A stretch of 64,000 nucleotides of DNA, from the NCBI GenBank assembly GCA_016748015.1, contig JAAOMT010000735.1, forward strand, positions 310,001-374,000. The letters run 5' to 3'. Shown here piece by piece: positions 37,258 through 51,600 of this stretch (its first letter is position 1; the number at the start of each line of letters is the position of its first letter). This DNA is from Geosiphon pyriformis uo1. Taxonomy: Eukaryota > Fungi > Glomeromycota. The notes below the pieces were generated by a model. It saw only the letters and a list, made by a program, of their open reading frames with translations. It searched no databases and was not told the origin of the DNA. Made by a program: the position numbers and the translations under genes.

Positions 37258-37302
37258 TCGGGTGGCTGGTCACGTGCGGAAAAAATGCGTGACCTGTGTC
37301 TA
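37258..37302 (+). promoter_or_regulatory. LINE-3'UTR-like fragment carrying a GTCACGTG E-box and a GGTCACG/CGTGACC inverted repeat, upstream of the SDR gene
   Basis: 15-nt exact match GTGGCTGGTCACGTG to the copy-3 3' UTR. 29 of 35 aligned columns are identical to the copy-5 3' UTR. About 230 bp before the SDR ATG. Confidence 0.6.
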
Positions 37303-37505
37303 AATTTTAAACTTAACAAAAAATTGTTTTTTTAGTTATTATTTATAAATATTTAAAAAAGTGAGTTTTCTGTATTCAAGGGTGATGTCAAAAAAAACTT
37401 AAGTCCGATTCCTCAGTAAAGATGATTTTAGATAACCAATTCAGCTGATCAGTTTCTTTTCTAAACCCCAAATTGTCCTCCCTTTCCATTTCTCAAAGAG
37501 AAACC

Positions 37506-38924
37506 ATGGATATAAAATCGCTCTTTAGCGTGCAAGATAAAATTGTGTTGGTTACTGGGGGGTCGCGTGGGTACGTAATGGTTTTCACTATGTTCCAGCA
37601 TTGAGTGCTAAAACTTTAATTTCAACGATACACTTGTACCTGAAATCAAAAACTTTCGGTTTTCAACTACATACTCCTTTATATTCATTATCTTTATCAC
37701 TGTTATAAACTTGTAACAGCATCGGATTAATGATTGCAAAAGGATTCGTAGTGAATGGTGCTAAAGTTTATATATCGTCTCGGTCTGCTAAAGTGTGTGA
37801 TCAAGCCGCTGAGAATTTAACTAAAGAAGGTATGAACTCATAATACTATCTATATACAAAAACACATATAGGCTCCGATATAAGATCTCAGATAATCAAT
37901 ATTATTGTCTTCTTTAATTGTATAGTAGAATGTTTTAATCACTCGGTGGGCCAATATTTGTATAGTTTGTTCATATAAGGATGGATTAATAATTAATCCT
38001 TTCATTGTCTTCTACAGGCCCCGGAAAGGCAATTAGTATTCCCGCTGATTTACAAAAACTGACAGAGGTGAAACGGCTCGTCGCCGAAATCGAAAAACGC
38101 GAAGGACGTGAGTGTTCGAATTTTAATCTGCATTTATATTATTTCTCATATAATCTCTAATATTCTGACCGATTTCAGAATTACATATATTGATTAATAA
38201 TGCCGGAGCAAGTTGGGGGGCAACATTTGCAGAATATCCTGATGAAGCATTTGAGGTATGAAACACTTTCAAGGGTGTCTAGTATCGCCAAAAAATACTT
38301 GAGCTGATAACACGTTCTGTTAATTATAGAAAGTTTTAAACTTGAATTTAAAACGTGTATTCAGTTTGACACAGGCGTGAGTCGGACTCTTTATTAGCTA
38401 GATTGTTTTCACAAAATCCGATTTTACCTTCCTAAATCAACGTTCCCTGATAGGATTTTTCCATTACTTGAAAAAACTGCAACACAAGAAGATCCAGCGC
38501 GCGTAATTAATATTGGATCAATTGCTGGTACACATTCTTGTATCTTTGACTATACTTTCCAAATACTGATGAATGTTCTTTTCATTCATAAGGTATAGGC
38601 TCCCCATATTTAGAAACTTACGCATATTCTGCCTCGAAAGCTGGTCTTCATCACTTGACGCATGTATTGGCAGGAAAGTTGGGACATCGGTTCGTTACTT
38701 TTAATGTGATCGCTCCTGGACCTTTTGAAACAAAAATGATGGCACAGACATTGAAAAGTCTAGGCGATAGTATCATAAAAGGTATTCCATTGAACAGGAT
38801 TGGCACACCAAAGGACATAGCTGGAACATGTATTTATTTGGCATCACGAGCTGGCGCGTTTGTTAATGGGGCTTTAATCACGCTTGATGGTGGGAGCGTC
38901 GCACAAGCGTCTGCAAAACTTTGA
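37506..38924 (+). CDS. Classical short-chain dehydrogenase/reductase (RhlG-like 3-oxoacyl-ACP reductase family), multi-exon
   Basis: Exons join to MDIKSLFSVQDKIVLVTGGSRG|IGLMIAKG (TGxxxGxG), INNAG, NIGSIAG, YAYSASKAG (YxxxK), NVIAPGPF, GALITLDGG. GT-AG introns. Confidence 0.93.
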
Positions 38925-39086
38925 CAGGTAAAAAGCTGCTCTTTCCATTAAATTCTGCTAATTAAGTTGTAGCCTTGATTTAAATTACTTTAGTACGAAA
39001 ACATTCTTTTCATTGTTCTAGATCACCAATCTCAAAATATTGAATTTGTTGGAAAGTGAATTTGCCCCTTCATAGCCATTATTATT

Positions 39087-40852
39087 TTAGAGTGTCAATC
39101 TTTTCAGTGGTAGTACAAGCTTTTCATTTCTCTTGTAAAAGTCAACTAATGCATTAGCTGTTCTATCAGGGGCATCCTCTTGTAGCATGTGACCTACATC
39201 GGGCAACACAATCAATTGATACTTTCCTAGTGAGATAATCAGTCAATTTTTTCTTGTTAAGTTCGTGGAAACAAGAAAATAAACTCGTAAAATAAGAAAT
39301 TCAAACCTTGCATTTGGGCAATGGTCAAAGGCTTATCTAATCGATCTGGGCCTTAATTCAGGTCAAAATTCTCAGCTAAGTTTAAATAAAAATCATCTGA
39401 GGTAATTAAATAAAATAATACCTGCAAGTATCAGTAGCTTTGCAGCTTTTGATGCCAAAAACTTTTCTGACATTCCAATAAACCATCCTGCAAAAACAAT
39501 TAATTTCAACTTTGGTGAATAAACAGATAACATTTTAACTCAGATTTACCTTCCCAATATTTCTGCGTGGCGGCTAAATTCGTCCTCCATACCAATTTAG
39601 ACATGCCGGTATTTGGATCACTTTCTTCTGTGAATAAGGAGGGAATAGATACTCGCGATGAAGCTAAATTATGAATTGTACCTGATTTTACACTAATCAA
39701 AGGTTAAAACAAATTTGAGTTGAAAGCGAGCTGTTTGGTGGGTGGGTCTTCTAAAACATCTACCTCCACTCTATAGCATGCTCAATAGACTTGAACTCGG
39801 TCGGCCTAGTTCTCAAGAAACTCGACATTCCTGATAATGCCTCCATTGCCGAACCTACAAAAAACAATTATACTATTTCCGAAACGCCAATTTAAAGTAA
39901 TTTCAATCTAAAGCGAATATAACATAAAGTCAATGGCAAACCTTCAACAACATCCAAAACCGCCACACAAACCACTGAAGGTATTGAATGATTTGACGCT
40001 GCATGAGCAACAACACATCCACCCATGCTAGAGAATTAATAAAGATAAGAAATTGGCAATATAAAGTTAACATTTAAAAATATAGATTGTATTTAAAACC
40101 TATGTCCAATTAAGAAAATATCCCGTTTTTTCACCTCTCCTTCACCACCAAATACAAAGTTTACAACATCGGCCAAATCCTGAGAAAGCCTTTCTAATGA
40201 GAGATTGGTATCATCGGAGGTACGTGTTGCCCCTATTTGATCCACGATGGGATATCAAGTAAAACTGGGTATTTCATGAAAACCTCAAATAATGCAATAT
40301 CTACAAACCATGCCCACGACAATCATATGCCAATATTGACACGCTACCCTCCATGGCTCGTCGGATATGAGAAACACAGAGGGCAAACGATAGACTAGAA
40401 TATCCTGCTCCATGATGAAAGACAAATATTGGAGCATTTTTCTCAGTTGTTGCAGGAGCTTCGTATACTCTAAAAATGTAAAACACGTCATAAGTAATCA
40501 AAGGTTATGGTAATAAATGATCAAACCAAAAAAAATCCAATTTAAAAAAATCAAAGGATATATCTTCCGTTCCCGGAAGTTTGAGGTCTCTGAAGCTTTC
40601 ATAACAATTATTCCATGGTACGGGAGAAAAGTTGAGCTTCCCCCGAGGTCTGAAAACACTACATAAAGTAATTATGTGACAAATCATGTCTAAAAATAAA
40701 CAACTGCTAAAATTTTCTTTCGCCTACGCTGGACCCAAGTTCCCAAAAGTATCTCCCTCTTCCTCTATTACTTCCTCTTCTTGATTCGGTAAAGAGGGCA
40801 ACGAAGAGTGGCCAGTTTTGTGTTTGAATAAGTCTTTTTGTAAGAAAGACAT
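39087..40852 (-). CDS. PPE1: Protein phosphatase methylesterase 1 (PP2A demethylase, alpha/beta hydrolase), multi-exon
   Basis: FVFHHGAGYSSLSFA, DCRGHG, LIGH|SMGG, VLDVVE|GSAMEAL, RPTEFKSIEHAIEW, WRTNL, KLLILAG|PDRLDKPLTIAQMQG|KYQL, GHMLQED. ATG at 40852, TAA at 39089-39087. Confidence 0.93.
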
Positions 40853-41372
40853 GGTATCAAGTAATTGGTCAAAACAGTTTTATGGTATCTGTTATTATTA
40901 TTATTATTATTTAATTACTTTTTTGAAAATATTTAAATTAAACCAATTCTTAATTTGGTTTAAATGCATTTTTTCTAATTATTTTTTAACTGTAATAATA
41001 TATTTATTAAATTAATATTTGGCTATTTTTTTATTGCTTTAACAAAATGTAAACTTATTATTGTTTATTTTAATTATAAAACATTATTATATATAAATTA
41101 TATATTACTTATTTAATGAACCAAAAAAACCAAATAGGTTAAAAATAAAACTATTTTTAATTTAGATTTCTTATTTATAACATATAATTTTTTATTTATT
41201 TATTTTAAATATATACATTATTAATAATTAAAAAAAAATTACAAATTACAAATTATAATTTCGATAATATTAAATAAATTTAACATTATATTTTTATTTT
41301 AAATGTTTAAAAAATAATATTTATTAATTAAATATTTAAAATTTTATTTTATTATGATAAAAGTGAATAAAT

Positions 41373-44300
41373 AAAAAACTTTTTTCTCTTTTTCATCCCA
41401 AATTCCTAAAAAAGAGTCAAAAGTTTTAGTAAAAGAAGTTTTTAGCCATTCAGTATGACAAATTTAAACCATTTTTTGATTTTGAAACCACCATTGGCCC
41501 TACTATTGCTGTTATGAAGAAGGTTGCAAAAGATTCTGGTGCTGGTGGTGGTTTTGGACCTGTCCTATCAAGAAAGAAAAGAAAGGGTGGTGTTTTGGCT
41601 GAAAGTGTTTTGGTAAGAAGGGGTGTTATTAAAACAACTAAAAATCACTCACAAAATTTTGAGACTGGTAACACTATCAAGTTTGAGAGTGTTGACATGG
41701 AGGAAGAGTGTCTTATTGAGGAGACTAGTATCGATTATGGTGAAAGGAATGTATTTGATGGTGGAGACTCCAACTAAACACTAAAGAGCTCAAGTATCAA
41801 AATTAAGACCAAGAAAGTATTGGGCAAACCACTGGGCAAAATCAACTTTGAGGATGGCTTTGATAATGGTGATTTTCTGGATGAGTCTGCCCTCTTTCCA
41901 CCTCCTCTTCTGCTTAAACCTTCAGTTCATGTTTCTGTTCGCAAATTCTTTACTTTGGATATTGATTTGGTGGCTGTTGCTGAGAAATCCTCTCAGAAAA
42001 AATTGAATTTTATCAAGAAAATTTTTTCAGGTGTAAATAGTTTTGGAGAGGCCTCTACCCTCTCAAAATTTGGTAAAATAATTCATGTGACTTTTACTTC
42101 TGAAATGGCGATGATGGTTGCGGGAAAATTGGCTTATGATTGTGATGTTATGGTAAACACCAATCTTAAGCATCCAGTAAACAATTGTACAAATCGGAAT
42201 ATTGTGATTAAGGAGATTCCTGTTGGTACATCAATTGAGACAGTGCGTGCAGCTGTTTCCGAATTTGGGGTTGTTGTGTCAATCAAAATGCAGTTGGTAG
42301 GGCTGTAGCAAAAAGCAATTATCACTTTGGAAGATTCTGATCAGGCTGATTTGTTGGCATCTAAGTGGTCTATCCTTATCAGGAAAGATGCGGTCCGGGT
42401 GGTCAGAGCTGATGTGGATAAACAGACATGGAATTCCAGAGATGAGTTTAAGGCATTGCTTTACACTTTTTCTGTAGGAACTAATACACATGATCTTTGG
42501 GATTTTATTGGTTTAGTGGGTGGAAAAACATGTGTCATTGAGCACAATTCAGTTAACTACACTTGGGCATACTGCACCACAGTGTGTTTTGAGTCTGAGA
42601 ACAATCTAAATTGGGCTCTGGCCAACACTCTGGTGATAAATGATGTTAGATTCCATTGGTTGTGTCTGTTTGCTGTCTTGTGTTCCTCTTGCAATTTTCT
42701 TGGTCATACATCTAGGAATTGTAAATTAGCTGGTGTGTCTTCGAGTCTGAAGGGCAAAAAGGCTCCTCTTTCAGCTCAGAATCAGTTTAGATTGGCAAAA
42801 ATTTATGAAAAGAAGTCTGCTCCTGTTTTTCATCCTTTGGCTTTTGATGGGAAGACTTGAACATCAGTGATTGGCTCTATTCCTTCAGGCACTTCTCTTG
42901 GATACAACTCTCAGCTTGGTTCTATTAGAAATGGTAAACCTCTCCCTCCAGTGGTGAATGATTTGGAAAAACGTTTGGTTAGTATTAAAAGTAGTCTTGT
43001 TAGTCTCACGGAACAAATTGGTGAGTTGGCTAAGAGGTTGAAATCATTCATGCCAGCAGTTTCTCAGTCTAGCCCTGGATGTTAGCTGCCAGTAACCCCT
43101 CTATCACAGAATTAAGGGGAGGATATAGTAATGGGAGTGGATTTAGGTGATGCCACTAGTGACAAGACTGCTGCCGTTTCAGGTTCAACTGCCTCACCTA
43201 AGATTGTAAAATTAAAAAACATGTTGGAAAATCTCTCTGCTTCGGTCATAAGCCTATTAGTGTGCTTGGATGGTTTGGCTTTGGCAGATGGTGCTCCTTT
43301 TCTACCTCTTTCTTAATAAGTAGTCTGGTATGAAAAATTGCCATGTGTAATGTTTGTGGGTTGAACAATCCTGTGAAGCAAGATGATGTTATTCGTTGGC
43401 ACAAGGATATGAACAATTTGGTTTCTATTTTTACAGAGTTGAAACTTAAAGGGAAAGTTCATCCATGGTTGACCAACAAATTTAATGGTGTTTGGGTTTT
43501 TACTTCTGGTCTGGATTCTGGTTCTTTGGGTGCTGGTGTGTTGATTATTGTGAATTTTTTTTTAGCAAAACACATTTGCAAGGTCTCTGAGGTGCCTGGT
43601 CGGCTCCTATCTATCAAGTTGTTTTTCAAAAATAAACTTTCAGTGTCTATTTTGGGACTCTATGCTGGTGCTTCATCAGTGGTTTGGTTTTTCAGGCTGG
43701 TGAAATCAACTTTCTCATTGCTAAAACCATTAATAAGTCTTCTTTTGTCATTCTTGGCAGTAATTTTAATGAAAATAGTTCTCAAAAGTGTGCGAGTTTC
43801 AAAAAGTGTCTTGAGTTGGGGTTGGTTAACTCTTTGATTGGAAGCCTAGCCATTAAGATGCCCACTTGGGTGAATTCTAGGGATGTCATGAAAACTATTG
43901 ATTACATGTTTGTTTCATCGAATCTGGTCAATTCTTTGGTACATCATGGTGTTTTGGATGTTAGTAAATATTTTGATACAGACCACCAGACTGTGTTTAT
44001 GTCTGTGGGCCTAGATGGTTTATTAGATACACACTTGTTTTCTCTTCGCAAGCAGGCAAATAAAAATTGTTGGAAATTTGATGTCAAAAATGCCAGTGAG
44101 GCTAAATGGCTTGAGTTTAAAAATGCTATGGCTGCTAACACTACTATGTTTTCAGGTGCATTTGGTGTTGCTGTGAAGTTTTCTGATTTTGGTGCTATGT
44201 AGGACATCATTCATAAGATCATGGTTCTCTTAACTGATGGTGCTTTCAAGAAAAGATGGTTCAAAAATTTTGATATGGTTCGCAATAAAATATTGTCTAG

Positions 44301-47300
44301 GTTTTATAAGCTGGAGCTGTTGGTTTCCAAGCTGGTGAAGGCTTTTTGTTTGAGTTCTAGTGTCAGTTTTGCTTTACTTTTGGGTACATGGGACAACCTT
44401 GACTTTGCTGGTGCTTCGACAGTAAGATCTATGTTTTTTTCTGGTGCTAAATTTGATGACATTTGTTCTGCTCTGGCCAAAGCAAGGAAGTTATACTGCT
44501 CTTCTAAATTGCTGGAGTCCAAGCACACTGAAGAATCTCACATTAGGCAGGCTATTACCAATAGGATAAAGAGTTTTAAACTGGATAAGGGTTGTACAAT
44601 CAGAAGTGTATTGGAACGTCCCTTTCGCAAAGTGGTTTTGGACTATCTGGTCATGGACAATGAGTTAGTTCTTGAACCTGATTTGGTTAAGTCCAAGGTG
44701 GATGCTATCATAGAAAGATGGACCAGGAAGCATGTGGTGGTTGATGATATCTCTAATACTTGGTCTCATCAATACCAACCTTTGGACTACATCTTTAATA
44801 ATGCTTTTTCTGAAGTGATGAGTGAGATTGATTTTGATGAGTTGCATCATGTGATAACCAATTTTCCAGATGAGAAAGCTGCTGGTCTCTCAGGCATCTC
44901 TAATGAGCTTTGGAAACATTGTGATAAGTCGGTTTTGGGTTTGCTTTTGGTTTTTTTGAATTTTTGTTTGTCTTGTAAGTTGGTGCCTGGTCCTTAGAAG
45001 GAAGCTTGGGTTTCAATAATTCCCAAATCTTATGAGTGTGAGGGTGTTCTCATGAATACTTGTCCTATTGCCTTGATCAAAACAGCTTACAAAATTCTAT
45101 TCAAGATTCTTTCAGATAAGATCTCACTGGCTTGCAGCTCATATGATGTTCTGTGTGGTAATAATTTTTCAGTTCTAAAGAATACAACAACTCAGTCTCC
45201 TATTTTTGTGGTTGGCTTGGTAATTGAGGATGCTTTGGAAAAAAACTGGGAACTTTGGCTTGTTCTGCAGAACATGCAGAAGGTGTATGATTTGGTTGGC
45301 TGAGAGCACCTTAAGAAGAGCTTGGTCAGGATCAAAATGTGTAATAAATTTGTTCACTTTTTTGGTAGTATTCATAGGAACCAAACCAACTGTGTCATGA
45401 CAGATTTTGGTTTAACAGATGATTACCAGGTGTTTGATGAGTTAGACCAAAGTGAAGTTTTTTTTCCTCTGCTGTGGTACATATTTTATGATCCTCTTTT
45501 GTGTGAAGTCAAGTATCAAAAGAGTGTATGTAGTTACAGACTCAATTCTTATTTTGTTTCTGGGAGTAGTTGTACTGAGTCTTAGGCTGGGTTTTCTACT
45601 TTCCTTGCTGCTGGTGCCTTTGTTAATGATACTATTTAGGTTGGTAGCAGTCAGGCTGCTACTCAGCATATTCTTAACATTGCTAGTGAATTTTTTTGAG
45701 TCAATGACATTTCAATTAATAATGACAAACCTGTGGTCATTCCAATCAACAACAGGGTCAGTGTTTCATCTCTTTTTATTAGTAGTTTGCTTATTTCTGT
45801 TGCCTATAAAGGGGAATCTCATCAGTATCTTGGTATTTTTTTGTTAACTGAGGGTCTTTCAAGGTCTAGCTTGGCTAAAGCACATTCAGATGTTCATTTC
45901 TTTACTAATTTAGTTCTAAGAAAGGTGGTTTTGGATAAGCAGTTCTTGTATCTGGTGTTAGCAGTTCTCCATCTCATAATTAGCTACAGAATACAGTTTG
46001 ACAATATTTCTGTTGGTGTGTGTGATAAATGGAATGCTCTAATTTGCAAGGGCTTGAAGCTAAAAGCTGGTCTTCTGATGGATTTTTCCAGTGATATTAT
46101 TCATCATCCCTCTTTTTATGGTTTAAAATCATTTTTACAGTGTCAATCTGAGAGTAAAATAGCTTTGCTTATTAGTTTTGTGAACTCTGGCAGGATCTTG
46201 GGACATCTGTTTAGTCACAGGTCACATGACTTACAAGTTCTGTGTTGGTGGCCCATTTACCCATTGATCTCTCTTGCTCATATTCATGTCAGTGTTTCTA
46301 ATAATTTCTTGGCTGGTATGGTTCGCATTCTCCTTAATTGCAATTTGTCTTTGGGTGACTCTTTGGCCAGTGCTTTTCAGTTTTGCGACAGGGTTCCTAT
46401 GTCTGTCATTTTTGGCGAATCTTTGTTTTTCAAGTTTTTACCTTCTTTCTGGCATTTTGGCATTGTCTTTGTGGATCAGCTTTGTAATCATCATAGCATT
46501 GTTTTTAACTGGTGCACTTTCAAGTGATGGAAGAGGCTGGACCTTTGTGGCCTGGTTCCTGAATGGTTTGGACTTTCTGTTGCATTTCTTACAGCTTCTC
46601 ATTTGTCTTCCACAGCCTCAGTTGGTGCTGGTCCTCTTAACTTTTATGAGTCTGATGATTTTATGGCTGTCTGTGGTCGTCTTTCCCAAGTTAACGTCGA
46701 TAGTTTGTCTGTATATATGGATGGTTCTTTAAAGAATTTAGGTACAGTTGATTGTAGAGCTGGGGCTGCTGTTTTTTTTGAAGACATTAATTTGGGTTTG
46801 GGTGTTAGTGTTTAGGATTTAGTGTCATCTACTTTAGCAGAATTATAGACTATAGTATTGGCTTTAGAGTACGTGCCTGCAGCTTGTTCTATTGATTTGT
46901 TTTCAGATAGTCAAGCAGCTTTAAATGCTTATAGGTTTGAGTTAAGTCTGGTGTGCTCTAACTTTTGCAATTGATGTTGGGTTAAGCGTCAGCATATTCA
47001 GAATGTTATCCACAGTAAAAATTTGAGAGTTAGTTGGCACAAAGTCAAGGGCTACTCCAGTGTTTCGGGAAATGACCACGCTGATAGCATTGCTGATGCT
47101 GTATTTCTATCTAGTTGGTATCTTTCTCTTTGCATAGATGGACACTTTTTATTAGCAGATAGTGGTGTTGTTTTTGGTAATTCTAGACACTTTGTTCGAG
47201 ATGTTTATTATGCAGTTTGTCATGCATACTGGAAGGTCGGTTCTGGTTCTGGATTTCTGGCTAGTAATTTGTGTTCAGATGTTGACTGGCTCAGCTTTTC

Positions 47301-48122
47301 TAGGGTTTGGTACCCTAATTTGAATATGGCCACTGGTTTCATTAGCAGACTCACAGCTGATACTCATACTTATCTTATGAAGACTTTGCACTATCAGCTT
47401 CCTGTGGCTGTCCAGAAGCACATTTACGATAAATATTACACTAGTGTCCTGTGTTTGTATTGTGGTGAGGTAGAGATTTCTGATCATGTGTTTTCTTGTG
47501 CAGTTGATGATTCGGCTCGTCATTAGGTTCTGGAATCCTATATGTCTTATTGGAAGTCACTTTCTGGACTCTCTCTTCAGTTGTATTGCAGTTAATATTG
47601 ATTTGTGCTTCAGATTTGCTGGTCTCCTTGGCTCTTTACAAGGGTTTTGTTTTCAATGGATGGCTTCAAGAGACTGTTACTGTCTTCCATAATTCCAAGA
47701 TTGCTGGTGTTAAAATTACTGATTTTATGCACTTTCTATGCTCTGTTTTTAGGAATAATATTTGGTTGGTCCATACCAAGCATTGTGTTTTTATGGAAAA
47801 GAATGGCCTGATCCTAGTGGACAAATCTATTTCTATCCCAGTTTTTGGTTTGGTTTCGAGATTGTCATCTGGTGTAATTAAATTGCTTGATGTTACTGAA
47901 GTCTTTGGTGTCTTTTTTGGCTTTCGCAAGTCTTGTTCGTTTTTTTTGGGTATTGGTGACATGGTTTCTGTTAATATAGTTGCATAGTGTTGTCCTGACT
48001 GGTTCGAGTGGCTGATCACGTGTGGTTAAGCACATGATTCACGCCTAGTTTAGATCATTTCATTGATGTATAGTTCTAGGTAGTGTTTGGGTCTCACTTG
48101 TTAAACGTAATAAAAAAAAAAA
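41373..48122 (+). mobile_element. Full-length LINE copy 4, inactivated
   Basis: ORF1 41448-43319 and ORF2 43316-47987 with many transition-derived stops. Conserved 5' end AAAAACTTTTTTCTC and an A-tail. Only a weak TSD candidate (ATTATGAT at 41351 and 48123). Confidence 0.93.
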
Positions 48123-48610
48123 ATTATGATTATGTATTTACATTTTGGTTGTTTAATACTAGATATTAATTTACTATTTTATTGTTTTTTCTATTTTTCT
48201 TTTTTTTTATAAATTAGAATTATTTTATTATTTTTAAAATAATAAATTTTATTTAATTTTTCCTTTTCTCTTAGGCAAAATAGGGTTATAACAATTACAT
48301 AAATTAGTAATACATGTGTATAATTTTAATATTTTAATAAAATGATTAAAATATTTTTAACATGAATATAAAAACAAATTATTATACATGAACCTCCTAA
48401 TTCACAAATTGGACGTTGACAATTTTCTTTACTTTCAAAAAGCCTTTCATAAGTTCAACATTAAGTTCATTTATAATCAACTTATTTTATATTTTTCATC
48501 TTTTTAATTGTTTTTTTCTAATACGCTTTTTTTAATAATATACTCGATCTCCTTATCTTTATTTTTAAATCTTTTATCTGGACTTTTTTAAATAGAAAGG
48601 TTAAGCTTAC

Positions 48611-51600
48611 ATGGACGTACAGCACCGTTCTTTTCACCTTGAGTCTGTTCGAAAACTTACAAATTTTATTCTGGCAAACCCTACCCTTGGAAATGCTTCG
48701 CCTAAAGGCAGTAACAAGCCCCCACCTTTACAACAGCTATGGTCTTTGCTAACTTCTCGAGGTGGGATTATTTCTTCCAGTGTTGCCTGTAGCATTGTGT
48801 CTCTTGTGCAAGCAGGTGCTCTATCTTGGACGGACGCGATATACGGCTTTATTGACGCCTTGGGAGCAGCTCAAGGCATGATTTTAGAAAGTGTTGTTGT
48901 TGGAATAGCTAGTGTTCTTTGTTTTCCGTTGGAGGCGCAATCCCAATACACTTGTCCTTTTAAAGCAAACGCTGGTTTAGGCGGTAAAACACACCCCTTC
49001 ATTCTCGTGATAACAATAAAACCTGAGGCATGGAAAACCTTGCTTTCTCAGCTTGATCTCATATTGGATCCTATTCGAGCTGGAGGTCTTTCAACAGGGC
49101 CCGTAACAGCCCTCTACTTGAGCAATGCCTTGGATATGTTAATACCATTCTTGGATTTTGTCCTTTTGGGGCATTTACAAGATTCAGATTTGGCTTCTAT
49201 GATAATTCAACTACTTTTGCAGTCCATTCAAAATTTGGTGGATGAAATGCACGTAAATTTCAAGCAAAAGATGCTTCAATATCTGCTTCAAGTGTTTCAA
49301 AAAATTTCCCCTAGCCCCAAAGAGCCTCATAGACCATATTTTCTTATGCAATCCCTTGTTAATGTATTGCTTATCTCGATTAGACGAAATTCATTGTCAC
49401 CTTCTTTTCTTGTCGAATTCAGTTCATCACTCGCTTTACAACTCTTGTCTCATTTATGTGACGCTCACAGTAAAACGGTTCCAATTATCCCCTATGTCCG
49501 CTTGTTGCGACAAATATTGGAGCTGCAAAAGGAATTACCGGCAATATTTTCAGAGCTCAATTTTATTTTGTTATGGCCCTCATTGTCCTACCTATTATTA
49601 GACACAAATTCTATTGAAAGTCAAATCATTATCTTAGACTTAATGAAAAACTCAATAAATAAACTCTTGAAAATTTCAGATGAAGGAACACCTTTGCTTA
49701 TAATTGATTTTGGAATATTACCATTGTTTCAAGTTGTTTCAGATGTTGCCCAAGGATCAACAAGAAATTGTGCAATGGAGGTATTCCTAAGTATCGAAAA
49801 AATTCGTAAAAGGCGTAAGTGGGATCTTGGAAATTTTCATCCAAAGGTTCAAAAGAAGGTAATTGAGTTTTAAGATTTGCAATTCCTTAATTCAAAGGTG
49901 AATTCAATACCATTTACAAACAGATCACAGCCCTCTTAAGTCATCCAAGTATTAATGGAACTCTTGCGACGATTTTGGGGGAGACTAGTCGTTTTCTCGA
50001 AATATTTTCCCAAGCTTCAATTAGAAATTCTAATTTGGGGTTTAATTCTTTATTCTCAACTCTTTTTGTGATACCTTATTTATTCTACCCTGATCCCATT
50101 ATCCGTATCCATTCTCTCACCACTATCACCACCATGATTCAAGAGAATTTAGCTGAGACTCAAAAAATTCCCATTCTTTTAATTGTTCTTTATCTACTGC
50201 GAAATGATCCCGCTACCTCGGTTCACCTTCATATCCTCCATTATTGTCTACCTTCTTTGATCTCCCCGACGGATTCAACCATCACTGCGAAAATATTGAA
50301 AGTTACAATGACAATGATCAAAAGAAACGATAATCAATTTAATATGAGATTGGGTGGTGTCGGTGTAAGGGTTTTATATGGGCTTTGGGAGAAACAAAAA
50401 AGATGCTGGAAATCTTTACGTTACGTATTGAGTGAGTGGGTGCAACAAAGGAAACTTAACAGTGGTAAAACTTTAGACACGGAATCGGAATCATACGAAA
50501 TGGAGGTTGCAGTATTAGCAACTATAAGGTATGAATTTTGAATTCCGCATAAGAATATGTTATAAAATTATTTTAATAGATTCTCCATTGATCGATGATT
50601 TATAGGGACATTTGTCGGACCAAAGCCCATGATTATGCAGAGGAGTTGATACCTTTTGTTTCAAGTTTACTTCAATCTGTTTGTTTACGGCCTGCTAGCC
50701 TTTGTTTAATCATTGAAGCTCTAAACGCTTGTGTCTCTTCTGACGTCATAGACCCTCGTGCTGGTAATTAGTATAGTTCGCTTTTGTCTAATTTCTTCGG
50801 CCAGAAATGCCCCATATTAGCTAACCTTTTTTCAAGTGTGGAATGTACTGTTGGTTTATATTGCAAATGCAATCATGCAAGAGGATCCTCTAAATACCGA
50901 CCTTACTGCAAGGATATGTCATTTCTATCAAATTGCGGCATTGAAGAGTAATGGTAAATCTGATTGAATTTTTTATCCAGCATTCATATATTTTATAAAA
51001 AACGGCTCAACAAGATTAGACTTACATCGATCACCGTCTTATTTAGAGACTGATGTCTACATCGCCTTCAAGCAAGAAATTCTATCAACCTATTTACGGC
51101 CACTCATTTTCCCTTTCTATCAAGCAAATTCAATTGCCCAAGCTGAAGATTTGCTTTTTCAGATTACACCTAATTCCTGCGTATTGAAACACGCCTTGAA
51201 CGCTCTTTCACATTTTCCTGCGCCAGATATTTTATCTATATTCCCAGAATCTCCAAAAATCTTGCTCTCTCAAATTTTGAATGGTACTTCTAGTGTGGAA
51301 GAATGGAAACCTATATTCAGCAAACTTGTATCTAATGAGATTGATCACATGCAACGTGGCTTATTCAAGGGCATTATCAGCAACAAATCTACTCCCAATA
51401 TTTCAACCATTGGAAGCAATACCAAGCAAGTCAAAATTCGAACATTTAAGAAGCAATTGAGTTTAATTTGTTCTAAGATTTTGGATGATTGGGAGAGTGG
51501 AATGGTTAGCCCTGGATTGCGTGTAGGGTTTGCCCTCACATCTCTAATTTCATATCGATTGTTGGAACCATCAGAAAATTCCTCGCCAGATCTAAAAGCT

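Noticed and set aside
37506-38924. RhlG-like SDR as a recent bacterial gene transfer
   Set aside because: It has several spliceosomal introns and host-like composition, and this SDR subfamily is widespread in fungi.
14460-47811. Many antisense and alternate-frame ORFs of 60-180 aa over the LINEs
   Set aside because: They are by-products of the strong strand skew and show no recognisable domains or consistent start/stop positions between copies.
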